Sequence record: NC_048196.1
Length of the DNA: 64,000 nucleotides
Source: Escherichia phage vB_EcoM_Schickermooser
Direction: 5' to 3' (one strand)
Part shown: piece after piece, positions 55,946-63,422 of the stretch
How positions within the stretch are numbered: position 1 is the first letter of the stretch
Layout of the letters: every line of letters begins with the position of its first letter
Program-made: the position numbers and the translations under genes
The notes under the pieces: model-generated
What the model saw: only the letters and a program-made list of their open reading frames with translations
The model's database searches: none
What the model was told of the DNA's origin: nothing

Positions 55946-56092
55946 ATGAATACATCTAATCGCGCAGAAAAAATTCAATCTTCCAAGATCCGCAAGGCCT
56001 GGAACGAGGAAGTGATCCGCAAAGGCGACAAGCGTAATAAAACAAAGCGCGGGAAGAGTGACAAATATAATTGGATGGATTTAGAGGATTAA
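55946..56092 (+). CDS. hypothetical small basic protein (48 aa; not in ORF track)
   Basis: Hand-translated MNTSNRAEKIQSSKIRKAWNEEVIRKGDKRNKTKRGKSDKYNWMDLED; GAGGAA RBS. Confidence 0.45.
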   Translation: MNTSNRAEKIQSSKIRKAWNEEVIRKGDKRNKTKRGKSDKYNWMDLED

Positions 56093-56098
56093 CATAAC

Positions 56099-56127
56099 AA
56101 GGGCGCATCAAGCGCCCTTTCTTTTTA
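56099..56127 (+). terminator. rho-independent terminator (GGGCGC-ATCAA-GCGCCC + TTTCTTTTT)
   Basis: 6-bp GC stem followed by T-run. Confidence 0.8.
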
Positions 56128-56147
56128 CATGTAGAGGATAAACAAAA

Positions 56148-56333
56148 ATGACTTTAAACGAGCTTAAAACAGCCTACAACGCAACATTAAAAATAGCCGT
56201 GCGTTACCGTGATGCGTATGGTTTTATCGCGCAGGGCGTGATCCTGGGCTTTTCTGACGATGGTTTGATCTATGTTGATGCACATCACAACAAGGTTAAA
56301 CCTGAAAACGTCATTAGCATAAAATATCTTTAA
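56148..56333 (+). CDS. hypothetical small protein (61 aa)
   Basis: GAGGA RBS. Confidence 0.5.
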   Translation: MTLNELKTAYNATLKIAVRYRDAYGFIAQGVILGFSDDGLIYVDAHHNKVKPENVISIKYL

Positions 56334-56338
56334 AAACG

Positions 56339-56395
56339 GTTGACAGCATAACCAAGTATGATAAGATGTATCACGTAGGGCGGGAATAGTTCCCG
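56339..56395 (+). promoter_or_regulatory. promoter-hairpin cassette (TTGACA-16-TAAGAT, hairpin GGGCGGGAATAGTTCCCG)
   Basis: Same architecture. Confidence 0.65.
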
Positions 56396-56418
56396 ACCAC
56401 ATAAAAGAGAAAAACATT

Positions 56419-56631
56419 ATGACCACTATCACAACAAAACAAGAAAAAATTATTACAGACATTGCCGCAGTAGCCGCTATTGCTATTATTGGTACCTACT
56501 ATGACACCGCGCGACCTTCCTCCTTACATGAGATCGCCGCCGTTGCATCAGTTGGCGTACTGTTTTACGTTGGTAAACGCTATTTATCACCAATGATTAA
56601 CAAGCTGACACCGTGGAAAAATAAAGGTTGA
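56419..56631 (+). CDS. small membrane protein (70 aa)
   Basis: AGAGA RBS; hydrophobic segment IAAVAAIAIIGTYY. Confidence 0.55.
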   Translation: MTTITTKQEKIITDIAAVAAIAIIGTYYDTARPSSLHEIAAVASVGVLFYVGKRYLSPMINKLTPWKNKG

Positions 56632-56682
56632 TCCTGTTTTATATTGTGTTATAGTTATCGTGTAGGGCGGCAATGGTGCCGC
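56628..56682 (+). promoter_or_regulatory. promoter-hairpin cassette (TTGATC-16-TATAGT, hairpin GGGCGGCAATGGTGCCGC)
   Basis: Same architecture. Confidence 0.6.
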
Positions 56683-56702
56683 GCCCCTTTGAGGATGCAA
56701 TC

Positions 56703-56987
56703 ATGCGTAAAGCTAACACCGTGCTAATGTTTTCCCTGATTAATAATGCCGCTTACTTGTCCAACATGACGCAGGAGGGTAACACATTAACGGCAACATT
56801 CACCAATAAGCTTGACCGAGTGATCATAATCTCACTGAAAACAGTTAGTAAAGGCTTTTACTCGTTAGCTTATCATTGTATCACTGACACCGACGAGACA
56901 AGCCAGGACTATAGCGCCCCTTTCCCTGAATCAATGGCACGGGAGATCATCGCCGCCGTTGTAAATGATGGTTTGTTTACTGCATAA
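56703..56987 (+). CDS. hypothetical protein (94 aa)
   Basis: GAGGA RBS before ATG at 56703; ORF-track start 56673 runs through the hairpin. Confidence 0.55.
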   Translation: MRKANTVLMFSLINNAAYLSNMTQEGNTLTATFTNKLDRVIIISLKTVSKGFYSLAYHCITDTDETSQDYSAPFPESMAREIIAAVVNDGLFTA

Positions 56988-57004
56988 AATAATTCAGAAA
57001 AGGC

Positions 57005-57061
57005 TTGCAATAATTTTCAGACCGTGTATATTTAATTCATAGGGCGGCGGGAATAGTTCCC
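57005..57061 (+). promoter_or_regulatory. promoter-hairpin cassette (TTGCAA-16-TATATT, hairpin GGCGGGAATAGTTCCC)
   Basis: Same architecture. Confidence 0.55.
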
Positions 57062-57084
57062 TAAGCAAACGAGAGGATTACACG

Positions 57085-57204
57085 ATGAGCAAGTATACAG
57101 TAGAATACACGGTAGAAAATCCGGCAGTATCCGAAGGTAAAAAGATGACATTTGCCATCAGTATAATCGCTTTCGTTATCACTATCTTATCAATCATCTT
57201 ATAA
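57085..57204 (+). CDS. small membrane peptide (39 aa; not in ORF track)
   Basis: Hand-translated MSKYTVEYTVENPAVSEGKKMTFAISIIAFVITILSIIL; GAGAGGA RBS. Confidence 0.4.
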   Translation: MSKYTVEYTVENPAVSEGKKMTFAISIIAFVITILSIIL

Positions 57205-57214
57205 GGTGCGTACT

Positions 57215-57376
57215 ATGAAAACAACAGACATTATCAAAGAGATCGCCCTTGCCGCTGACGTTGAGATCGAGGAAGTGATCGCGCTCAACCTTACAGAAAA
57301 CGATCTGCGCAACTATGAAGCGGAAAGCGTGAAAGCAAGCGGCGCGGTCCTGGCATATAATCCGGCTAACAAGTAA
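57215..57376 (+). CDS. hypothetical small acidic protein (53 aa; not in ORF track)
   Basis: Hand-translated MKTTDIIKEIALAADVEIEEVIALNLTENDLRNYEAESVKASGAVLAYNPANK; AAGG RBS. Confidence 0.4.
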   Translation: MKTTDIIKEIALAADVEIEEVIALNLTENDLRNYEAESVKASGAVLAYNPANK

Positions 57377-57385
57377 GGGGATAAC

Positions 57386-57496
57386 ATGAATCCGAAAGAT
57401 ATGCAAGCATGGAAAGGGTACGACGATCTAAGCGCCTTGCGCAATAAGTCAAGCCGTAACCTTAGACGATTGCAAGCAAAGAAAAAGAAAAAATAG
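57386..57496 (+). CDS. hypothetical small basic peptide (36 aa; not in ORF track)
   Basis: Hand-translated MNPKDMQAWKGYDDLSALRNKSSRNLRRLQAKKKKK; AAGGGG RBS. Confidence 0.35.
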   Translation: MNPKDMQAWKGYDDLSALRNKSSRNLRRLQAKKKKK

Positions 57497-57497
57497 T

Positions 57498-57555
57498 TTG
57501 ACAAGTCCGCTTAATCTGATAATATGTATCTTGTAGGGCGGCAATGGTGCCGCTC
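57498..57555 (+). promoter_or_regulatory. promoter-hairpin cassette (TTGACA-16-TAATAT, hairpin GGGCGGCAATGGTGCCGC)
   Basis: Same architecture. Confidence 0.65.
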
Positions 57556-57574
57556 ACAAGAAGAGAGAAAAATC

Positions 57575-57859
57575 ATGAAAATCACAAAAAGCCTAACTAA
57601 TTATGCAGCACGTCGCGGATTATGTTTAACCGTTGAAAACTTAGGGAAAGAAGACTTTTTGTGTTTTTGGGAGCTTGAAAACGATTGCGAGTGGATGTTT
57701 TCCTATTCTATCTGCGAAGATCAAAACGGTTGTTTGTTAACCTGGCGCGGTAATATTTATTTACCGGAAGAAATTAAAGAGGAATTACCAGGTACGATCA
57801 TGACAGAGAGACAGCTTAAGGAAATGATTAATTTTGTATGGCAAAACATTAAAAAATAA
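57575..57859 (+). CDS. hypothetical protein (94 aa)
   Basis: AGAGAGA RBS before ATG at 57575. Confidence 0.55.
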   Translation: MKITKSLTNYAARRGLCLTVENLGKEDFLCFWELENDCEWMFSYSICEDQNGCLLTWRGNIYLPEEIKEELPGTIMTERQLKEMINFVWQNIKK

Positions 57860-57860
57860 T

Positions 57861-57921
57861 TTGACAGCAGGCAAACAACGTAGTAAAGTTTACCACATAG
57901 GGCGGCGGAATGGTCCACCGC
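57861..57921 (+). promoter_or_regulatory. promoter-hairpin cassette (TTGACA-17-TAAAGT, hairpin GGGCGGCGGAATGGTCCACCGC)
   Basis: Same architecture. Confidence 0.65.
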
Positions 57922-57944
57922 TCACAACAGAAGAGAAACAAATC

Positions 57945-58115
57945 ATGATCCCGACTATGTTTTATGTATCGCGCAAAGGTCACAATATTTTTTGGTCTGA
58001 AGATTTAAATGAAGCCATGACGTTTGCCCGTGATCGTGTCGCTATCGGTGGCGTTAACATCACCGTAACCGATGAAAACGGCATTGAATACTATAACGGC
58101 AACGATGAAGAGTAA
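57945..58115 (+). CDS. hypothetical small protein (56 aa)
   Basis: AGAGA RBS before ATG at 57945. Confidence 0.5.
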   Translation: MIPTMFYVSRKGHNIFWSEDLNEAMTFARDRVAIGGVNITVTDENGIEYYNGNDEE

Positions 58116-58122
58116 TCAACAA

Positions 58123-58140
58123 GGCGGGATTAATCCCGCC
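58123..58140 (+). promoter_or_regulatory. perfect palindrome GGCGGGATTAATCCCGCC (hairpin or operator)
   Basis: 18-bp perfect palindrome between two genes; no following T-run, so not a canonical terminator. Confidence 0.45.
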
Positions 58141-58159
58141 TGTATTAAAGGGTAATATA

Positions 58160-58297
58160 ATGAAAACTTTCAACGCAACAGCCTCGACAATTGGTTATAT
58201 TATTACAGTGCAAGCCGTTGACCTGGTAGCGGCAGCAAACAAGATTAAAAAGATGATCCCAACAGGCAGCGAATTTTCCGTTTGGGAAGTAAAATAA
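58160..58297 (+). CDS. hypothetical small protein (45 aa; not in ORF track)
   Basis: Hand-translated MKTFNATASTIGYIITVQAVDLVAAANKIKKMIPTGSEFSVWEVK; AAGGG RBS. Confidence 0.4.
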   Translation: MKTFNATASTIGYIITVQAVDLVAAANKIKKMIPTGSEFSVWEVK

Positions 58298-58300
58298 ATC

Positions 58301-58358
58301 TTGACAATAGTTTATTACTTGATAGAATGTATTTCGTAGGGCGGCAATAGTGCCGCTC
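58301..58358 (+). promoter_or_regulatory. promoter-hairpin cassette (TTGACA-16-TAGAAT, hairpin GGGCGGCAATAGTGCCGC)
   Basis: Same architecture. Confidence 0.65.
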
Positions 58359-58379
58359 ACAACTAAAAGAGAAATCATC

Positions 58380-58574
58380 ATGGCGCTTAAAAAATTAACA
58401 AGCAATACTCGTTGGGATGAAATCGACGGGGAAGTATACATTTTCGCCCGTAAACCAGGTGATCAAAAATGGTCAAAGGCTTTTACTTGCCACCCTGCAA
58501 CAATAGATCTAATAAAAAGTAAAGGTTTACGTGAAGCAGTAGCAAGGAGTTTACTGATCCCTTGTAAAAAATAG
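58380..58574 (+). CDS. hypothetical small protein (64 aa)
   Basis: AAGAGA RBS before ATG at 58380. Confidence 0.55.
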   Translation: MALKKLTSNTRWDEIDGEVYIFARKPGDQKWSKAFTCHPATIDLIKSKGLREAVARSLLIPCKK

Positions 58575-58637
58575 TTTGACAATACGCGGTTATCTGGTAA
58601 AGTGTACGACATAGGGCGGGGCAATAAGGCAACGCCC
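58575..58637 (+). promoter_or_regulatory. promoter-hairpin cassette (TTGACA-17-TAAAGT, hairpin GGGCGGGGCAATAAGGCAACGCCC)
   Basis: Variant, longer hairpin. Confidence 0.55.
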
Positions 58638-58655
58638 ACTAATGAGGGTAAAATC

Positions 58656-58760
58656 ATGTTAGAGAAAATTTTCACGGTTGTAATAGTGGGCTTGGCGTTA
58701 TCGGTTGGAGTGGTTGCAACTATGGCTAATATGATCCTATCTTCCCACGGTATCGGTTAA
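58656..58760 (+). CDS. small membrane peptide (34 aa; not in ORF track)
   Basis: Hand-translated MLEKIFTVVIVGLALSVGVVATMANMILSSHGIG; GAGGG RBS. Confidence 0.4.
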   Translation: MLEKIFTVVIVGLALSVGVVATMANMILSSHGIG

Positions 58761-58770
58761 GGTGAAACAA

Positions 58771-58986
58771 ATGATCACGAACAAAACAGGCAAAACGGAA
58801 TTTTTACGCGGCTTACAAGTTGGTAAGCCTGAGATCTGGCATTGCACGAAGTCCGCGCATAATGAAATGAAAGATTTCACCGCTACTTTACAACGTGTTA
58901 AAATATCTATTACGCAGAAAAAAGCCTTGTTAGTAGTAGAAAACGAGATCCCGCAAACTATTATTATTGTCGAGCGTACAGCATGA
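58771..58986 (+). CDS. hypothetical small protein (71 aa)
   Basis: Start ATG 58771 or GTG 58762. Confidence 0.5.
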   Translation: MITNKTGKTEFLRGLQVGKPEIWHCTKSAHNEMKDFTATLQRVKISITQKKALLVVENEIPQTIIIVERTA

Positions 58987-59369
58987 AAACAGAAATCATT
59001 ATTGAAATCATCAACGGTTATAAAGAAGCCTTTATTTTTGCTGAATCAGCCAGGGATCATGAAGGTGATTTTATTGATAACTTAGACGATTATGATTTTT
59101 CTCCTGGCGCGGATGAACGGATCGCCCAGGATGTAACAGCCTTTATTAATGCTAATCTTGCCGCTATCTCTGAGGCAATGAGCGACGGCGCAACAGCCAA
59201 CCAGATCGGGAATGATTTACATTTTACCCGTAACGGTCACGGCGTAGGATTTTGGGATCGCCCTGAAATATACACCACTAACACGGCGAACCGCCTAACA
59301 AATGCAGCTAAGTTTATGCCGAACGTGTCGGCTTACATTGGTGAAGATAATTTGATTTATATTGAATAA
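58983..59369 (+). CDS. hypothetical acidic protein (128 aa)
   Basis: ATGA overlap with upstream ORF. Confidence 0.55.
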   Translation: MKTEIIIEIINGYKEAFIFAESARDHEGDFIDNLDDYDFSPGADERIAQDVTAFINANLAAISEAMSDGATANQIGNDLHFTRNGHGVGFWDRPEIYTTNTANRLTNAAKFMPNVSAYIGEDNLIYIE

Positions 59370-59375
59370 AAAGTA

Positions 59376-59433
59376 TTGACACAGATCGCCAGTGTGATAA
59401 TATTTACCACGTAGGGCGGCAATGGTGCCGCTC
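59376..59433 (+). promoter_or_regulatory. promoter-hairpin cassette (TTGACA-16-TAATAT, hairpin GGGCGGCAATGGTGCCGC)
   Basis: Same architecture. Confidence 0.65.
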
Positions 59434-59452
59434 CCCGAAAAAGGTAAACATT

Positions 59453-59644
59453 ATGAAAACTATCTCCTACCTGGAATCGAATAACATGTTTTTTGCGCCC
59501 GTTGATGAAATCATCGAGGCTTTAAACAATGAAGAGGGGATCAATGGTTTATCTTATAGCGAGCTTTTAGGAATGGTTGCAGCAAATGAAGAGCTTGCTT
59601 ACTATGTTGAAAATTTTGATGAAGCTGTAATCTTTACAAAATAA
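59453..59644 (+). CDS. hypothetical small acidic protein (63 aa)
   Basis: AAGG RBS. Confidence 0.55.
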   Translation: MKTISYLESNNMFFAPVDEIIEALNNEEGINGLSYSELLGMVAANEELAYYVENFDEAVIFTK

Positions 59645-59647
59645 TCC

Positions 59648-59704
59648 TTGATCTAATCTCTTAGATAACTTATATTTAATGCGTAGGGCGGCAATGGTGC
59701 CGCC
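59648..59704 (+). promoter_or_regulatory. promoter-hairpin cassette (TTGATC-17-TATATT, hairpin GGGCGGCAATGGTGCCGCC)
   Basis: Same architecture. Confidence 0.6.
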
Positions 59705-59722
59705 GATAATGAGGAAAACAAA

Positions 59723-60022
59723 ATGGAAACTATCGCTATTGTTACCGTAGAAAAACTGGTTGTTGGTGACGTATTCGCGTTAATGGTGCCTAACAGCAGC
59801 AAGCTGGGCGCTTATGAAGTGATGGACCATAAAAATGAATCATTTGGCGACGGTTGCACAATGGCGGTAAAATCTTTGAAGGATGGAATCACCCGCCAGG
59901 CTAACTGGCACAAAGGGAACCAGGTCGGTTTAATATCCGCTAATTTCTTGCCAGAAGAGCAAACGTTAGACCAACTATCAGGCGGTAAGACGTTAGCCGA
60001 ACTACTGGAAACAGCGATCTAA
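59723..60022 (+). CDS. hypothetical protein (99 aa)
   Basis: GAGGAA RBS. Confidence 0.55.
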   Translation: METIAIVTVEKLVVGDVFALMVPNSSKLGAYEVMDHKNESFGDGCTMAVKSLKDGITRQANWHKGNQVGLISANFLPEEQTLDQLSGGKTLAELLETAI

Positions 60023-60030
60023 TCAACAAA

Positions 60031-60046
60031 GGGGCGGCAACGCCCC
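60031..60046 (+). terminator. hairpin GGGGCG-GCAA-CGCCCC (no U-tract)
   Basis: 6-bp GC stem with GCAA tetraloop after gene stop; function uncertain. Confidence 0.35.
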
Positions 60047-60067
60047 ACATCAGGAAGGGAAAAGATT

Positions 60068-60304
60068 ATGAGTATTGCAACAGTATTAACCGCCGTTAAA
60101 ACCGCTGAATCATCCGGCTTACATGTTGAGCTTATAGATCAACCAGGTGGCGATCTCCTTGTCCAGGTTTACCCGCCGAAAGTAGGGGATGATTATTATT
60201 GGGCTTATTCTGATACGTTCGAACAAGTAGACACGAAAGCGGTAACAGCCTTTATTTTAAAAGCCGTTGAAGAAAATAACTTTCATCATAACATCAATCA
60301 ATAA
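60068..60304 (+). CDS. hypothetical protein (78 aa)
   Basis: AGGAAGGG RBS. Confidence 0.5.
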   Translation: MSIATVLTAVKTAESSGLHVELIDQPGGDLLVQVYPPKVGDDYYWAYSDTFEQVDTKAVTAFILKAVEENNFHHNINQ

Positions 60305-60339
60305 CGCCCCATTAAACGCAATAGGAAGAGGATAGACAC

Positions 60340-60630
60340 ATGAAAAAGATGATCGCAGTAGTTGCCCTGGTTGTTGGTATTAACGCGCCTGTAATGGCTA
60401 ACGATTTGCCGGAATCGATCACGTTAACCGATATCAACGCAGTAAACCGGATCGGTGTTAATTATCGCCTATGCCTTGCCGCTAAAACTTTTAAGGACGG
60501 GGAAACAGAATACCACGGATTCGAGGGAGTCCGGTGCGGTGAGCTTGCACGCGACCTTAAGGAAGATCCAGACCTTGAGGCCATACCGATGACCGTAAAC
60601 GGTAAAGCTTACGTAAACCGCCAACAATGA
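60340..60630 (+). CDS. putative secreted protein (96 aa)
   Basis: GGAAGAGG RBS; signal peptide MKKMIAVVALVVGINAPVMA. Confidence 0.55.
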   Translation: MKKMIAVVALVVGINAPVMANDLPESITLTDINAVNRIGVNYRLCLAAKTFKDGETEYHGFEGVRCGELARDLKEDPDLEAIPMTVNGKAYVNRQQ

Positions 60631-60641
60631 GAAAGGTAATC

Positions 60642-60761
60642 ATGACAATGGGGATCATAGTAGCAACGCTGGCGCTAATCCCCTTCCTGATTAGATATGT
60701 GATAGTAGATCTGGTCCTGGTTATTAGTGACCTGCTATCTTCCATCGGCACACTATTTTAA
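60642..60761 (+). CDS. small membrane peptide (39 aa; not in ORF track)
   Basis: Hand-translated MTMGIIVATLALIPFLIRYVIVDLVLVISDLLSSIGTLF; AAGG RBS. Confidence 0.4.
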   Translation: MTMGIIVATLALIPFLIRYVIVDLVLVISDLLSSIGTLF

Positions 60762-60770
60762 GGGTACATC

Positions 60771-60962
60771 ATGAACGTGGAACAAGTTAGAAAGGTATTA
60801 GCAGCGTTACGCTATCACAACTATAGCAAGGTTAAGAATGATCCTGATTATGTGGATTCAAGCCTGGAAGAAGACACATTGCAAGCTATAAGCCATATGC
60901 AAGAATTGCTTAAGCGTATGACAGAGAAAAACAGATCTGATTATATAGGTGACGAGATCTAA
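60771..60962 (+). CDS. hypothetical small protein (63 aa)
   Basis: AAGGG RBS. Confidence 0.5.
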   Translation: MNVEQVRKVLAALRYHNYSKVKNDPDYVDSSLEEDTLQAISHMQELLKRMTEKNRSDYIGDEI

Positions 60963-60968
60963 AATAGC

Positions 60969-61026
60969 TTGCACAATGTATCTGATAGTGTAAGATGTAT
61001 CACGTAGGGCGGCAATGGTGCCGCTC
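60969..61026 (+). promoter_or_regulatory. promoter-hairpin cassette (TTGCAC-16-TAAGAT, hairpin GGGCGGCAATGGTGCCGC)
   Basis: Same architecture. Confidence 0.6.
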
Positions 61027-61046
61027 ACAACTGGAAGGAAAACACC

Positions 61047-61250
61047 ATGACTACAGCTAACCGCCTGATCGCCGTCCTGAACAAAGCAAAGGCTAACCGC
61101 CTGGATGTTCAAATCAAAGAGCAAGCAAATGGCGAGATCCTTGCTACGGTGTCCGATGGCGGTTATGTATCGGAATCATTTTTATCAGGGAGCTTAGATC
61201 ATCTTGTTTGGAAATTAGAAATTACCGTGGAGGATATGCAGATCATCTAA
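61047..61250 (+). CDS. hypothetical small protein (67 aa)
   Basis: GGAAGGA RBS. Confidence 0.55.
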   Translation: MTTANRLIAVLNKAKANRLDVQIKEQANGEILATVSDGGYVSESFLSGSLDHLVWKLEITVEDMQII

Positions 61251-61255
61251 TCTTT

Positions 61256-61288
61256 ACAAAACAGGGCTTGTTTTTGTCCTGTTTTTTG
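61256..61288 (+). terminator. terminator-like hairpin AACAGG...CCTGTT followed by T6
   Basis: Inverted repeat with large loop followed by TTTTTTGTT. Confidence 0.5.
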
Positions 61289-61424
61289 TTATGCTTATTG
61301 AACGGGCGGCACTGGCAACGGGGGAGGTAATCACCGGACGACCCCGCTATATATTGATAGCTAACACCTATCAAACAACAAAACATCAAAGAGATAAACT
61401 ATCAAATCTTTACAATTCTACCTA

Positions 61425-61483
61425 TTGACACCGGATCACCCTTATATTATTATTTATCACGTAGGGCGGGAATGTTTCCCGCC
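61425..61483 (+). promoter_or_regulatory. promoter-hairpin cassette (TTGACA-17-TATTAT, hairpin GGGCGGGAATGTTTCCCGCC)
   Basis: Same architecture. Confidence 0.65.
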
Positions 61484-61501
61484 TGATTTAGGAGTCACAT
61501 C

Positions 61502-61735
61502 ATGATCGAACAAATTAAAAGCACTAAACCGAACGTTAACGGCAATGTTTCACACTTTATCGGTGATAATGAAAAAGGCACACCATACGCCGCCGTAACC
61601 GTTCAACCGAACGGGGATTATTGGTTTACCGTTTACGGATCTTATTCCTTTGGACGTTCGGCACATGATAAGATCTTGCAAGCGGTTAAGCCTACAGGGA
61701 AGAATATCACAGCAGAAAAATTTTATAAAAAATAG
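61502..61735 (+). CDS. hypothetical small protein (77 aa)
   Basis: AGGAG RBS. Confidence 0.55.
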   Translation: MIEQIKSTKPNVNGNVSHFIGDNEKGTPYAAVTVQPNGDYWFTVYGSYSFGRSAHDKILQAVKPTGKNITAEKFYKK

Positions 61736-61736
61736 C

Positions 61737-61796
61737 TTGCTTTATACACCCTGTTAACTTATAGTTATTGCGTAGGGCAAGCAATACAGCAAGCCC
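61737..61796 (+). promoter_or_regulatory. promoter-hairpin cassette variant (TTGCTT-17-TATAGT, TAGGGCAAGCAATACAGCAAGCCC)
   Basis: Degenerate copy: only a 4-bp stem remains. Confidence 0.45.
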
Positions 61797-61813
61797 ACAA
61801 AGAGGAAAAGAAG

Positions 61814-62182
61814 ATGAGCAAATCAGCAATTAAAGCAGTTGAAAAAGCGCAAGAAGTGATCGCAACGTCCACCACTGGCGCAAAGGTTAATCTCGTTGGT
61901 TATCTGACAGATGAAACTATCCGTAAAAATTGGCGCAACGCTGATTTACTGGCTTGCTTATTGATTAATAGTGTCGCTGATGCTTTCCAGTGTGAAACAG
62001 CCGAGAGCTTGGAGGAAAACTTGTTTGATAATATGGATCAAGCCATTGAAACCTATATACAGTCAAACCTGGATAGCTGGAACAGTAAAACATGGCCTGA
62101 CAGCTTACGCGATACAACTGATCAACTGATCCGCCTTGCCTTGATGGTTGAACGCGATAACGTTCACAACCGCACAAAGTAA
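61814..62182 (+). CDS. hypothetical protein (122 aa)
   Basis: AGAGGAAAAG RBS. Confidence 0.55.
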   Translation: MSKSAIKAVEKAQEVIATSTTGAKVNLVGYLTDETIRKNWRNADLLACLLINSVADAFQCETAESLEENLFDNMDQAIETYIQSNLDSWNSKTWPDSLRDTTDQLIRLALMVERDNVHNRTK

Positions 62183-62190
62183 GATTATAC

Positions 62191-62215
62191 AAGGGCGCGC
62201 ACTAAGCGCCCTTTA
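62191..62215 (+). terminator. terminator-like hairpin AAGGGCGC-GCACTAA-GCGCCCTT
   Basis: 8-bp GC-rich stem; weak U-tract; shares the GGGCGC core with terminators at 56099 and 62757. Confidence 0.55.
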
Positions 62216-62241
62216 ACGTAAAGAGATGTAAATAATGCGCT

Positions 62242-62276
62242 ATCCCCTATTGACAGGGGATCGGCGTTATATTATA
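62242..62276 (+). promoter_or_regulatory. promoter TTGACA-17-TATATT with palindrome ATCCCCT-ATTGAC-AGGGGAT spanning the -35
   Basis: Inverted repeat 62242-62261 encloses the -35 hexamer; operator-like. Confidence 0.5.
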
Positions 62277-62323
62277 TTTAACTCACTGGCAGCAAACAAC
62301 GAAATGAAACAAAGGATAACAAC

Positions 62324-62743
62324 ATGAACATTAAATCAAATAATCCGGCTTACTCTTTCGATAATGCTTTTTGTCACGGGAGCGCCGCTAAAGGCTTCGA
62401 AATTGATGGTAAGCTGGTTATTGTGAACGTTGACGGGGAAGAGGTTGCAGTATATCCGGCAAACGATGTTAAAAGCCGTTTACAGTGCCGCATGGATGTT
62501 ACCGCGTATCAGCTTGATCCGATCCGTGTAGTTGCCCTGGTCCTGGAGGAAGAGATCAAAGCAATGCATCATAGCAATAAGTTTATTGGTGACGCGCAGG
62601 ACAATATGAAAGTATGCCGCAGTAAAGTTAACGAAGCATTGAAAGAATACGGTTTTAAGGATCTGATGATTAAACGTGATGAAAAATTCCGTTTTCGTAA
62701 TGACCTGGCGAACCGGATCTACTCAATCTATGAAGCGTTATAA
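62324..62743 (+). CDS. hypothetical protein (139 aa)
   Basis: AAGG RBS; last recognisable gene before the non-coding terminal region. Confidence 0.55.
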   Translation: MNIKSNNPAYSFDNAFCHGSAAKGFEIDGKLVIVNVDGEEVAVYPANDVKSRLQCRMDVTAYQLDPIRVVALVLEEEIKAMHHSNKFIGDAQDNMKVCRSKVNEALKEYGFKDLMIKRDEKFRFRNDLANRIYSIYEAL

Positions 62744-62756
62744 TCGACAACAAAAC

Positions 62757-62786
62757 AAGGGGCGCACCAAGCGCCCTTTCTTTTTG
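62757..62786 (+). terminator. rho-independent terminator (AGGGGCGC-ACCAA-GCGCCCT + TTCTTTTT)
   Basis: Strong GC stem plus T-run immediately after the last gene. Confidence 0.8.
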
Positions 62787-63367
62787 CCCGAACAATGTTG
62801 ATAGATTCCACCTATGAAAAACCGACACAGAACAAAATTGCATAATTTGCGCTATCGAGCTAATCAACCATTAAACGAATAACCATACACCCCAGGGCAA
62901 CAGGCTGTTAGAGAGCTATTTAGAGCGGTTAAAATCGATCAACAACCAACAACAAACCATCAAAAACACGCTTTTCCTTCCTTTCCAGTGCAATGATAAC
63001 CATTATCATCTACCCTTGCGTATCTATGCAATATAAGTGCATAACTATAATGTTGATAATAGTTCGCAACAACTAACCAACCAACAACCTAAAACAATAA
63101 GCAAACTAATCATAATCAAAGGAATAATAGAAAGATGATTGATAACGATAAACAATCAAACCATGATGAATACTAAGCAAGATAACGATAACACGACAAA
63201 ACAACCAACTAACTAACGATAACAAACGAAACCATTAAAATAATAATTATTAGCAAAATAGTGCCTGAATGAAATCATTACAAAACGAATCATTCCCAGA
63301 GTCATCATTAGCACGCTATGCCGGACACATAGCGAGCTAATAATAAGCCAACTACACCCCAACAATC

Positions 63368-63422
63368 ATAACCATCGGTGATGGTTATTTCTTGTTACTG
63401 CGTAGCTTGCAATAATTGCAAG
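63368..63422. repeat. palindromes in non-coding terminal region (ATAACCATCGGTGATGGTTAT; CTTGCAATAATTGCAAG)
   Basis: 21-bp perfect palindrome at 63368-63388 and 17-bp near-palindrome at 63406-63422. Confidence 0.5.

Noticed and set aside
57194-57504. Minus-strand ORFs 57194..57406 and 57313..57504 from the track
   Set aside because: They are antisense to three short plus-strand ORFs with proper RBS in a region where all other genes are on the plus strand, and they lack RBS.
50653-58574. ORF-track N-terminal extensions translating as LVGRQWCRS (e.g. 50653.., 57524..) or other leaders (55161.., 56673.., 57834.., 58350..)
   Set aside because: The extension is simply the conserved hairpin read in frame; a strong RBS sits before an internal ATG downstream of the hairpin, so genes were trimmed to that start.
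50650-62330. Repeated GC-rich palindromic elements at roughly regular intervals could suggest a CRISPR array
   Set aside because: Intervals vary from about 100 to 600 bp, the sequences between repeats are protein-coding with RBS and ATG, each repeat is preceded by -35/-10 hexamers, and repeat sequences vary; this is a promoter/5'-UTR cassette array, not a CRISPR.
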